From Candidatus Zambryskiibacteriota bacterium (lineage in GTDB: Bacteria > Patescibacteriota > Minisyncoccia > Phycocordibacterales > Zambryskibacteraceae): a DNA stretch of 59,652 bases. The stretch spans positions 1-59,652 of the forward strand of contig JACOVQ010000002.1 in assembly GCA_016177225.1 (NCBI GenBank). Reading direction: 5' to 3'. Below, piece after piece: positions 1 to 8,401 of this stretch. A program made the position numbers and the translations under genes. Positions within the stretch are counted from its first letter, which is position 1. The number at the start of each line of letters is the position of its first letter. Below the pieces are notes generated by a model. It was not told the origin of the DNA and ran no database searches. It saw only the letters and a program-made list of their open reading frames with translations.

Positions 1-125
1 TCGCGGACTCGCGTGTGCAAAAACCAAAAAATTTCCTTGCATTTTCCTCGCGCCTCCTCCCCCCACCCCTCCGCCGCGAAGCGGAAAAAGAAATGGAAAG
101 GAAATTTTTTGGTTTTGCTTCGCCG
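1..125. repeat. Left copy of a >=125 bp inverted repeat with an internal stem-loop (cut by window edge)
   Basis: Reverse complement matches 2043-2167; internal arms caaaa(a)ccaaaaaatttcctt / aaggaaattttttggttttg. Confidence 0.9.
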
Positions 126-335
126 TTTCAGTCTCCGAAAAGAGCAATCTTATTTTAACATTTTTGTTTGCTCTTTTCTCCACCCTCACGGCGACCGAGG
201 CGCTTCCTCTCCGCGTTCTGTGGTAGCTCTAAACCTCTGTGGCTTCGATACTGGTCGTGGTAACTCAAAGAATATGGATTGTGCTAAGCACAAACAAATC
301 TGTATGTGCTTGCCCACCCACCCTATGCGCGCACA

Positions 336-378
336 AATCCCCACCGTTTTTAGGAAATATTATAAAACGGCGGGGATT
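336..378. terminator. Hairpin downstream of the 428..1732 gene
   Basis: aatccccaccgtttt ... aaaacggcggggatt near-perfect inverted repeat. Confidence 0.45.
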
Positions 379-427
379 GCTACCACGACGAGAAACATTT
401 AAATGTTTAGTATGAACAAAAAAATTA

Positions 428-1732
428 TTAAAGAGCCTTAGTGACCCTAAGAAAGAATCCTTGATCATTTTGCTCCACAGTTCCCTGTAAGGTAACTGTC
501 TTATCCAAATAGGTAGCCATAGTGGAAGGTTGTCCTCCGGTTGACTCTGGCATTGGTGGAGGAACCTCAAGCACTAACCATGTGGTTACTTGGAATTTAT
601 TTGTGCCATCAGTCAAAGCAAAATTAGGATCAGTGAAATAATTTTTTCCAGTGAGAATCAATTTTCCGGTTATTTGTACCTTTTTATTTAAGAAACTACT
701 GGGATTGTGGGCTAATGTGTCTATCGTTACTATTGAAGTATCAGTTTGTGAAGATGTATTACTCGAAATAAAAGGATTTTTTGTAATCAGTTTCCAATCA
801 GACGAATATACAACATCGCCAGTTCTTGTTGAAGAAAACTGATATGTCTGTAGAGTAAAAGAAGTATCGCCATATTTCTTTCTCCATGTGTTCCAAAGTG
901 TTTCAGAAACTTTAAATGGTGAAGACCTTAATCCGTCAAGGTAGGAAAATTGTTTTTGATTAGTGTCATAGCTCAATACAGCAAAAAGGGGATTGAAATC
1001 ATCTTGGTAGGAAATAACTATGCGATTATTTCCGATGAATTGGATAATATCTGGATAGCCATAAAAAGCTTGGCTTACAGCAGGAAAACCAGGAAGAATG
1101 TTTGGACCGATTTTTTTCCAATCGGTTACTAAACTATTGAGAATCGTTTGATTGGTAATAGCTGGCGGAGTTTGAGTAATTGCCTGCCCTGTAAATTTGA
1201 AAGTAGAAAGAATTTGGTTTAGTAAATTTTCTGCTGTGACTTTGTTTTCTGAATGATAAGATACATAACTTACATACCAACTACCACCTTTTTCAAATTG
1301 AATATAAATCTGATTTAGATTGTCATACATACCTCCGTCTAATTCAAACTTTTCCGATGAATAACCAGCTACTTTAGTTGATGGTACATGAGCACTACCT
1401 CCTTCTATTTTGTTTTTCTGAATTAGTAAATCATAAATAAAACAATCCTTTGGCCATTGACCTCCTCCAGTTCCTAAAATCTTTTCACAAGATTGAGAAG
1501 ATTGTATAGAAATCCCAGAATTATTTTCTTTTAAGGAATAACTATTTGCGTATTTTAGTTCAAAACCATATTTATTATTTGTGTATGTTTGTAAATTTGT
1601 GGTCGGTGAAACTTGCTCATTATTCGGTTCTTGAGATTTTTTAGAAAAGACAAAATATCCACCGACAGCTACGATAGCGACAATTACTACTATCAAAACA
1701 ATATTTGCAAAACCTTTTTGTGAGTTTTCCAT
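428..1732 (-). CDS. Exported/membrane-anchored hypothetical protein with pilin-like N-terminus and PsbP-like segment
   Basis: Likely start MENSQKGF followed by a hydrophobic helix; TYTNNKYGFELKY motif; AT-rich. Confidence 0.7.
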   Translation of the reverse strand: MENSQKGFANIVLIVVIVAIVAVGGYFVFSKKSQEPNNEQVSPTTNLQTYTNNKYGFELKYANSYSLKENNSGISIQSSQSCEKILGTGGGQWPKDCFIYDLLIQKNKIEGGSAHVPSTKVAGYSSEKFELDGGMYDNLNQIYIQFEKGGSWYVSYVSYHSENKVTAENLLNQILSTFKFTGQAITQTPPAITNQTILNSLVTDWKKIGPNILPGFPAVSQAFYGYPDIIQFIGNNRIVISYQDDFNPLFAVLSYDTNQKQFSYLDGLRSSPFKVSETLWNTWRKKYGDTSFTLQTYQFSSTRTGDVVYSSDWKLITKNPFISSNTSSQTDTSIVTIDTLAHNPSSFLNKKVQITGKLILTGKNYFTDPNFALTDGTNKFQVTTWLVLEVPPPMPESTGGQPSTMATYLDKTVTLQGTVEQNDQGFFLRVTKAL

Positions 1733-1748
1733 AATTTTTATTGTACCA

Positions 1749-1967
1749 TTAATTAATAAAATAGTTAATATCTTTGTTATAAACTTTTGCAAACTCTGCC
1801 AATTCTACCGCATCAACTCCTCGCTCGCCCCGCTCTATCTTGGAAATATACGCTTGAGGTTTCTTTAATAGTTTTCCTGCCTCTACTTGCGTTAAACCTG
1901 CCTCTTGGCGAGCGGAGCGTAGTTTTGCGGTAAGTTTTTGATATTTTGCTTGGTATTTCTTCGACAT
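1749..1967 (-). CDS. XRE-family helix-turn-helix regulator
   Basis: LRSARQEAGLTQVEAG...QAYISKIERG. Confidence 0.9.
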   Translation of the reverse strand: MSKKYQAKYQKLTAKLRSARQEAGLTQVEAGKLLKKPQAYISKIERGERGVDAVELAEFAKVYNKDINYFIN

Positions 1968-2042
1968 ATAGATATTAACATAATATAGTCGAAAGTGGAA
2001 TATACCATTTTAGATTATTGTGATAAACTGTATTCATGCTAC

Positions 2043-2167
2043 CGGCGAAGCAAAACCAAAAAATTTCCTTTCCATTTCTTTTTCCGCTTCGCGGCGGAGG
2101 GGTGGGGGGAGGAGGCGCGAGGAAAATGCAAGGAAATTTTTTGGTTTTTGCACACGCGAGTCCGCGA
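2043..2167. repeat. Right copy of the 125 bp inverted repeat
   Basis: Reverse complement of 1-125. Confidence 0.9.
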
Positions 2168-2169
2168 GC

Positions 2170-3342
2170 GTGTCCGAGGCGCGCATCATTGGTCATCAGG
2201 GTTCAATTCAAAATACATTCGAACTTCGTTCAATACACACCGCCAAAATTTTATCAATAGAAACTTCGTGTGATGAAACTGCGGTAGCTGTTTTGGATAT
2301 AAACGGCGAATTGGAGAAACCGGATATAAAAATTTTGGGTAATACGCTTTTGTCTCAAATGCATTTGCATGAGAAGTATGGCGGTGTTTATCCAAACTTG
2401 GCAAAGAGAGAGCATGAGAAAAATTTACCAATACTTCTAGAAAAAACTTTGGAGCAAGCGGGCTTTCCTTCCCCTGCTAAGGGGAAGGTGCCAAAGGCGG
2501 AAGGGGTCGATTTAATCGCAGTTACAAGCGGGCCCGGACTCGAGCCGGCGCTTTGGGTTGGCATAACATTTGCAGAAAAATTGGGCAAAAAATGGAATAA
2601 ACCAATCATTCCAGTTAATCACATGACAGGTCATATTTGGTCGGTATTATTTGAAGGTAAGAAAATGGAACTGCCGGCTATAGCCTTGCTCGTATCGGGC
2701 GGGCACACGGAACTGGTTTATATAAAAGATTTTGAAGAGTACAAAATTATGGGACGCACCAGAGACGATGCCGTCGGCGAAGCATTTGATAAAGTAGCCA
2801 GAATGCTTGGACTTCCCTATCCTGGAGGACCGCAAATTTCGAAATTGGCGGAAAAGAACAGGAGTATGAACCACGAATCACGAATCATGTTCCCGAGACC
2901 GATGATTAATTCCGGCGATTTGGATTTCTCTTATTCTGGATTGAAGACTGCCGTTTTATATAAACTCAGAGACCTCTCCCAACCCTCTCCTAGGCTAGGA
3001 GAGGGCGGGCTTAGCCCGGGTGAGGTCGAAGAAATGGCTCGAGCATTCGAAGACGCGGCGGTGGAAGTATTGATAAAGAAAACACGCAAAGCTATTTTAG
3101 AGAAAGGCGATATAAAAACTCTCATTGTCGGCGGCGGCGTCTCGGCTAATCATTATTTGCGCCAAGAGATTAAAAAAATGGCTCAAAATATAAACTTAGA
3201 GATTCAACTTCCAAGTGTAGAGATGACTGGAGACAACGCGTTAATGATAGGTCTTGCGGCATATGTAAAGGTCAAAAAAGACCCGGGAATCCTTAAAAAT
3301 CATGCTCCCATAATAGCTCGAGGTAATGCTACACTAGGGTAA
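2170..3342 (+). CDS. tsaD: tRNA N6-adenosine threonylcarbamoyltransferase TsaD (start uncertain; conserved part begins at 2245)
   Basis: KILSIETSCDETA, VNHMTGH, LLVSGGHT, DDAVGEAFDK, GGGVSAN, DNALMI motifs; nearest in-frame start is GTG 2170. Confidence 0.93.
   Translation: MSEARIIGHQGSIQNTFELRSIHTAKILSIETSCDETAVAVLDINGELEKPDIKILGNTLLSQMHLHEKYGGVYPNLAKREHEKNLPILLEKTLEQAGFPSPAKGKVPKAEGVDLIAVTSGPGLEPALWVGITFAEKLGKKWNKPIIPVNHMTGHIWSVLFEGKKMELPAIALLVSGGHTELVYIKDFEEYKIMGRTRDDAVGEAFDKVARMLGLPYPGGPQISKLAEKNRSMNHESRIMFPRPMINSGDLDFSYSGLKTAVLYKLRDLSQPSPRLGEGGLSPGEVEEMARAFEDAAVEVLIKKTRKAILEKGDIKTLIVGGGVSANHYLRQEIKKMAQNINLEIQLPSVEMTGDNALMIGLAAYVKVKKDPGILKNHAPIIARGNATLG
2467..2507. repeat. Intragenic palindromic element (ccttcccct-gcta-aggggaagg type) in tsaD
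   Basis: Hairpin; encodes PSPAKGKVPKAEGV in a variable loop. Confidence 0.7.
2971..3027. repeat. Intragenic palindromic element (ccctctcc/ggagaggg family) in tsaD
   Basis: gacctctcccaaccctctcctaggctaggagagggcgggcttagcccgggtgaggtc; homologous to secA and gatB copies. Confidence 0.88.
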
Positions 3343-5354
3343 TGAATGGCAAGTTTCTGAAACCCTATAATCCGCAAGAAACGGAGGGCCAGATATACAA
3401 ACTCTGGGAAGAATCGGGCTTTTTCAACCCGGACAAATTGCCAGAGCGGCACAAAGAACCGTTTTCAATAGTACTGCCACCTCCAAACGTAACTGGCGTG
3501 CTTCACCTTGGCTCGGCGCTAATGATAGCAATTGAGGATATGATGATGCGCTTTGAACGAATGCGCGGTAAGAAAACACTCTGGATTCCCGGCACCGACC
3601 ATGCTTCCATTGCCACTGAAACAAAATTTTTGAAAGAGAAGAAAATCTCGCGAAGCGATTATTCTAGAGAAGAATTCGTAGGAATGGTTAATGAGTACGC
3701 GTTAGAAAATCAAGAGGCAATTATCAAGCAAATCAAAGCTATTGGAGCCTCGCTGGATTGGTCGCGGCAAGCTTTCACTTTGGATAAGGAGAGAAGCCGT
3801 GCAGTAGAAGAAGCTTTTATGCGTATGGATAAAGCTGGACTGATTTACAAAGGAGAAAAAATCGTAAATTGGGACCCGAAGGGCCAGACAGTAATTTCAG
3901 ACGACGAGATAGTACATCAAGAAGAGAAGACAAAATTTTACTACCTAAAGTACGGGCCATTTACTATTGCTACAGCTCGGCCAGAGACAAAATTCGGCGA
4001 CAAATACGTTGTCATGCATCCGACGGACGTTAGGTACAAAGATTATTCGCACGGGCAAAAGCTCAAAGTCGAGTGGATCAATGGCCCCATCACCGCCACG
4101 GTTATAAAAGACGATGCTATAGATATGGAATTCGGTACCGGTGTGATGACTATCACTCCTTGGCACTCTCAAATCGATTTCGACATAGCCGAGAGACACA
4201 AGCTGGATAAAGAACAGATTATAGATAAGTACGGGAAACTGCTACCGATTGCTGGAGAGTTTGCCGGGATGAAAATCTCTGAAGCCAGAGCAAAGATTAT
4301 TGAAAAACTAAAAGATAAAGGGCTATTGATAAAAGAGGAAGCGTATGCGCACAATGTAGCCACAGCCGAACGCACCGGCGGCATCATAGAGCCGCAAATC
4401 ATGAATCAATGGTTCGTAGATGTAAATAAACCGATAAAATATCGCGGCAATAAAAGTTTAAAAGAATTGATGCTCGAACCGATTGCAGAGAAAAAAATAA
4501 AAATCATTCCCGAACACTTCGAAAAAACTTATTTCCACTGGATACATAACTTGCGTGATTGGTGTATTTCAAGGCAGATCTGGTATGGACATAAAATCCC
4601 TATCGAAGGCGAAACAGACACTTTGGATACATGGTTTTCTTCCGCCCTTTGGACATTCTCCACTCTGGGCTGGCCGGAAGAAACAGAGGATCTAGAGGCA
4701 TATTACCCCACTTCAGTACTAGAAACTGGCTACGATATTTTGTTTTTCTGGATAGCTAGGATGATTTTGATGAGCCAATTTTTGCTTGGGACAATTCCAT
4801 TCCGTACAGTTTACCTGCATGGACTAGTTCGTGATGAAAAGAATAGGAAAATCAGTAAGTCTCTGGGCAACAACATAGACCCGCTAGACGTCATCAGAAA
4901 CTTTGGTGCGGACGCATTGAGAATGGGACTAATTATAGGCACAAGTCCCGGCAATGATAGCAAAGTATCAATGGAGAAGTTCAAGGCTTATAAATATTTT
5001 TCCAACAAGATTTGGAATATAGCGCGATTTGTTTTATCTAAGGAAAGTGGGGGCGAAATAGATGCGAAACTCAAAGAAGAATTTGATGCTTTAGCGAAAA
5101 ATATCACGGAGGATATGGAAAACTATCGCTTTTATCTCGCGGCGGAGAAAATTTACGCTTATATCTGGCACCGCTTTGCTGACACAATACTAGAGGAGTC
5201 TAAAAAGAAGCCGGAACTAAATGCTACACTTTATTATCTTCTCGAAAACTCGCTCAAATTACTCCATCCGTTTATGCCGTTTATAACAGAGGAAATTTGG
5301 CGAGAATTTAAAAAAGATAATATATTAATGATAGAAAAATGGCCAACACCGTAA
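3342..5354 (+). CDS. valS: Valine--tRNA ligase (compact form)
   Basis: PPPNVTGVLHLGS, GTDHASIAT, DWCISRQIWYGH, DTWFSSALW, KISKS. Confidence 0.95.
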   Translation: MNGKFLKPYNPQETEGQIYKLWEESGFFNPDKLPERHKEPFSIVLPPPNVTGVLHLGSALMIAIEDMMMRFERMRGKKTLWIPGTDHASIATETKFLKEKKISRSDYSREEFVGMVNEYALENQEAIIKQIKAIGASLDWSRQAFTLDKERSRAVEEAFMRMDKAGLIYKGEKIVNWDPKGQTVISDDEIVHQEEKTKFYYLKYGPFTIATARPETKFGDKYVVMHPTDVRYKDYSHGQKLKVEWINGPITATVIKDDAIDMEFGTGVMTITPWHSQIDFDIAERHKLDKEQIIDKYGKLLPIAGEFAGMKISEARAKIIEKLKDKGLLIKEEAYAHNVATAERTGGIIEPQIMNQWFVDVNKPIKYRGNKSLKELMLEPIAEKKIKIIPEHFEKTYFHWIHNLRDWCISRQIWYGHKIPIEGETDTLDTWFSSALWTFSTLGWPEETEDLEAYYPTSVLETGYDILFFWIARMILMSQFLLGTIPFRTVYLHGLVRDEKNRKISKSLGNNIDPLDVIRNFGADALRMGLIIGTSPGNDSKVSMEKFKAYKYFSNKIWNIARFVLSKESGGEIDAKLKEEFDALAKNITEDMENYRFYLAAEKIYAYIWHRFADTILEESKKKPELNATLYYLLENSLKLLHPFMPFITEEIWREFKKDNILMIEKWPTP

Positions 5355-6040
5355 TCTACGCACTACTTGGAGGGATTTTGCCGGCACTTATCTGGCTTAT
5401 CTTTTGGCTAAGGGAAGACCGGCTTTCTCCGGAACCGCGGCTTTTTATATTTAGAACGTTCATCTTCGGCATGCTCGGAGTGCTTCTCATAACCGTCGGC
5501 GCAATTGTGTTTGAAGACCAAGTCGGAACTCTTCTAAATAACTTAACAATAGGAGCTATCTTTCTTCTCGCGACACTGGAAGAAAGCCTGAAGCTTCTCG
5601 CGGCATATTTTGGCGGGCTTGATACAAGCGAAGATAACGAGCCGATAGACCCGATGATTTACACAATCACAGCCGCCCTGGGATTTGTCGCGCTTGAAAA
5701 TGCTTTATTTATTTTGGGACCGCTTATGGACGGCCAGGTGGCAAAAAGCATTCTTACCGGCGACATGCGATTTATCGGCGCAAGCCTTTTGCACGTCGTT
5801 TCTTCCGGACTAATCGGAGTGGCGATATCGTTCTCTTTTTATAAGTCGAGAACAAAAAAAATACTAGCGAGCATTATCGGCCTAGTTGGAGCTATCATCT
5901 TCCATACTTTCTTTAACACCTTAATTACATTTCTAAATGGTACCGGCAATATGTGGTCATCTATTGCAGTCTGGATAGGCGTCATTTTCCTCTTGTGGGC
6001 ATTTGAGAAAGCCAAATCTATTGCGCCGCAAAACCAGTAG
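5339..6040 (+). CDS. PrsW-family intramembrane protease
   Basis: EESLK, GFVALEN, LLH and IIFH motifs; multiple TM helices. Confidence 0.88.
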   Translation: MANTVIYALLGGILPALIWLIFWLREDRLSPEPRLFIFRTFIFGMLGVLLITVGAIVFEDQVGTLLNNLTIGAIFLLATLEESLKLLAAYFGGLDTSEDNEPIDPMIYTITAALGFVALENALFILGPLMDGQVAKSILTGDMRFIGASLLHVVSSGLIGVAISFSFYKSRTKKILASIIGLVGAIIFHTFFNTLITFLNGTGNMWSSIAVWIGVIFLLWAFEKAKSIAPQNQ

Positions 6041-6057
6041 GGTATAATTAAATCAAT

Positions 6058-6516
6058 ATGGGAAGGTCTTTTTTTGAAAGATTGACCGGCGCCGTGAAGC
6101 TCGACGAAAATTCGAGTGAAGACAAAAGCTCTGTAGCAAAAGCTTCCAATTCCAAAATAAGCGCTTTCGAAGAAATGGCCGATGAAGAAGCTCAGCTTAC
6201 CGTAGACGTCTACCAGACCCCGTCGGAAATTATTATCAAAACCATGGTGGCGGGAGTGAAGCCAGACGACCTCGACGTTTCCATTACTCGAGAAAGCGTA
6301 ACTGTTAGAGGCAAAAGAGCCGAGGAAAGAACTGTTTCGGATGACGACTATTTCCATCGCGAGCTGTATTGGGGCGCCTTCTCGAGAACCGTTACTTTGC
6401 CGGAAGAAATCGACGTGGACGGAGCCGAAGCGGTGGAGAAGCACGGCATGCTCATTCTTCATCTTCCCAAACTCGACAAAAACCGCCAAACCAAACTTCG
6501 AGTAAAAGGGAACTAG
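6058..6516 (+). CDS. Small heat-shock protein Hsp20/alpha-crystallin
   Basis: VDVYQT...ELYWGAFSRTVTLP...GMLILHLPK. Confidence 0.92.
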   Translation: MGRSFFERLTGAVKLDENSSEDKSSVAKASNSKISAFEEMADEEAQLTVDVYQTPSEIIIKTMVAGVKPDDLDVSITRESVTVRGKRAEERTVSDDDYFHRELYWGAFSRTVTLPEEIDVDGAEAVEKHGMLILHLPKLDKNRQTKLRVKGN

Positions 6517-6552
6517 CATCTACAAGGCGAAACCTTGCAGAAAATCAGATTT

Positions 6553-6627
6553 TGGTGCTCTCCCCAGGAATCGGACCTGGAATAGCGCCTTAGGACGGCG
6601 CTGTTATATCCATTTAACTAGGAGAGC
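6553..6627 (-). tRNA. tRNA-Arg(CCT), CCA encoded
   Basis: Cloverleaf GCTCTCC...GCGCC-GT-CCT-AA-GGCGC...GGAGAGC-A-CCA. Confidence 0.92.
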
Positions 6628-6688
6628 GTTTTCGAAATATAACATGAAATTTGAAAAAAACCGATATTTTGTTATATTTAAGACATGA

Positions 6689-6807
6689 ATCCTGTTAGAG
6701 ATGGTCGCGCTCTAGCCGAAGTCACTTTGTTATATTCGGTCAAAACAGGAATTCATGTTAATTAACTATAAGACAGGAATCTAAAGATTCCTTATCTCTA
6801 ACAGGAT
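6689..6807. mobile_element. MITE-like element with 14 bp terminal inverted repeats at a start codon
   Basis: atcctgttagagat (6689-6702) / atctctaacaggat (6794-6807); atgaatcc duplicated at 6685 and 6806. Confidence 0.75.
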
Positions 6808-7036
6808 GAATCCCGAGGAAAGAGCTCTTTTGGAACAAACTCTTAAGCTGTCCGAAGAAAATAACAGGATGTTAAGAAATATCCGCAAAACGCAAAGAAG
6901 AGCGGCTATTTATGGATTCATCAAACTAGTAATAATTATTGTGCCATTGGTCGCTGGGTATCTTTTCCTACAACCATATTTGAACCAAGCGTTAGAAGGA
7001 TACAATGGAGTGCAGAGATTATTAAAGTCTTATTAA
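6806..7036 (+). CDS. Small single-TM hypothetical protein
   Basis: 76 aa; coiled N-terminus plus hydrophobic helix. Confidence 0.75.
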   Translation: MNPEERALLEQTLKLSEENNRMLRNIRKTQRRAAIYGFIKLVIIIVPLVAGYLFLQPYLNQALEGYNGVQRLLKSY

Positions 7037-7039
7037 AAC

Positions 7040-7113
7040 GCCCAGGTAGCTCAGTCGGTAGCAGCGCTTCCCTGAAGAGGAAGAGGTCGTCAGTTCGATC
7101 CTGACCCTGGGCA
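7040..7113 (+). tRNA. tRNA-Phe(GAA)
   Basis: GCCCAGG...CTTCC-CT-GAA-GA-GGAAG...TTCGA...CCTGGGC-A; extra C in the D-stem 3' strand. Confidence 0.9.
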
Positions 7114-7169
7114 CAGATGCAGTATTAATTATGAATAAATAATACATCTGGTTGATGCGATATATCGAA

Positions 7170-7586
7170 TCAACCATGTTTACGCTTGTATTCAATGAAT
7201 TTTTCTCTACTTAGGTAATAAGGTGGCGGAGTCAGAAGATCAACCATAACATCTAGGAACTTTATCAATTTACTGTTTTTCTTTTTGCTGTGAAGAATCT
7301 TTAGAATACTTATGTAGTCTCCTTTTTCTAATCTCTTGCCTAAACGGCCAACCGTAGAAGAACTAACCTTAAGCCCTTTCCATATGCGATACGGAGATAT
7401 CCCTTTATCAAGTAGCAGAATTATCGCTAGGCGTTTAGAGAGCATGACTCTTTCTGTATGGGTCAAAAACTCTCCAAACAATCTTTCTATGTCATTGCCT
7501 TGGAATTTATTAAAAGCTTGAGTAAAACTCTTATAGATGTTTTGGAAATCTTTCTTGCTTAATGCTCTTTTTGAAACATGCGGCAT
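7170..7586 (-). CDS. TrpR/YerC-YecD-like helix-turn-helix protein
   Basis: FLTHTERVMLSKRLAIILLL...YRIWKGLKVSSSTV. Confidence 0.8.
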   Translation of the reverse strand: MPHVSKRALSKKDFQNIYKSFTQAFNKFQGNDIERLFGEFLTHTERVMLSKRLAIILLLDKGISPYRIWKGLKVSSSTVGRLGKRLEKGDYISILKILHSKKKNSKLIKFLDVMVDLLTPPPYYLSREKFIEYKRKHG

Positions 7587-7642
7587 ATATAATTAGTGCG
7601 ATATATCGTACTAATGAGTATATCATACGTATGTAACCAAAC

Positions 7643-7885
7643 TTACATAGATACTCCGAGAGTATCTGCGAGTTTGAGCTTGTCGAAACCGACAATGACA
7701 TCCTTATCGTCAATGACGATAACCGGTACGCCCATTTGTCCGCTTTTCGATATCATCTCCTTGCGTTTTTCCAGGTCGGAAGCCACATTGTAATCGGTAA
7801 AAGAAATGCTGTTGGCCTTAAAAAATTCCTTGGCTTCATGGCAGAAGCGGCAGGTGGAGGTGGAATAAATTTCTACTTTTTTCAT
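7643..7885 (-). CDS. Glutaredoxin-like (NrdH/YruB family) protein
   Basis: CRFC active site; GQMGVPV; GFD. Confidence 0.92.
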   Translation of the reverse strand: MKKVEIYSTSTCRFCHEAKEFFKANSISFTDYNVASDLEKRKEMISKSGQMGVPVIVIDDKDVIVGFDKLKLADTLGVSM

Positions 7886-7904
7886 ATGCGAATTATAACG
7901 AACT

Positions 7905-8267
7905 TTATCGAATGATGCGAATGAAAAGCTTTTTATACCAAGGCATCTTCAAAACATCGGTTGAGGTGGCGGAACGCTTCTCATCCACGATAATCGCCGC
8001 ATGTTCACCCTCGCGAACTACGCTAAATTTCTCTTTTATTTCTTCTTCAAGGCCTTCCGGAGTGCCGAGACGTTCAATTTTCTTTTTAAGCAACTCTTCA
8101 CGGACAGTCATCGCGCTGATTTCCTGCCGCAGCGCTTCTACTTTTTGACGACTCTCCTTCTCTTTTACCAAGATTTTTATCGCTCCTTTGGTCAGAGTAA
8201 AAGCAGCGATAGAGAGGAGTATTATTACCGGCAGAGAATACATGCCCTTATTTCGAAGCTCACGCAT
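7905..8267 (-). CDS. Septum formation initiator (FtsB/DivIC-like)
   Basis: TM plus coiled coil; LEEEIKEKFSVVREGE. Confidence 0.75.
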   Translation of the reverse strand: MRELRNKGMYSLPVIILLSIAAFTLTKGAIKILVKEKESRQKVEALRQEISAMTVREELLKKKIERLGTPEGLEEEIKEKFSVVREGEHAAIIVDEKRSATSTDVLKMPWYKKLFIRIIR

Positions 8268-8290
8268 TTCTTTATGGTATCATAGAGGCA

Positions 8291-8401
8291 ATGCTATTCG
8301 ACAGGAAGCACAAGAAAAAGTTAAATGCCGTTTGGATAGTGCTCTGCGCGCTTATTATTTTAAGTATGATTCTTCTGTATTCTCCGATATTTAACTCTTA
8401 A
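8291..8401 (+). CDS. 36-aa single-TM small protein (not in ORF track)
   Basis: MLFDRKHKKKLNAVWIVLCALIILSMILLYSPIFNS; TG-n-TATCAT box 7 nt upstream. Confidence 0.6.
   Translation: MLFDRKHKKKLNAVWIVLCALIILSMILLYSPIFNS

Noticed and set aside
13..402. 129-aa ORF and the similar 1975-2273 ORFs
   Set aside because: Translations of the 125 bp inverted repeat with no protein-like features.
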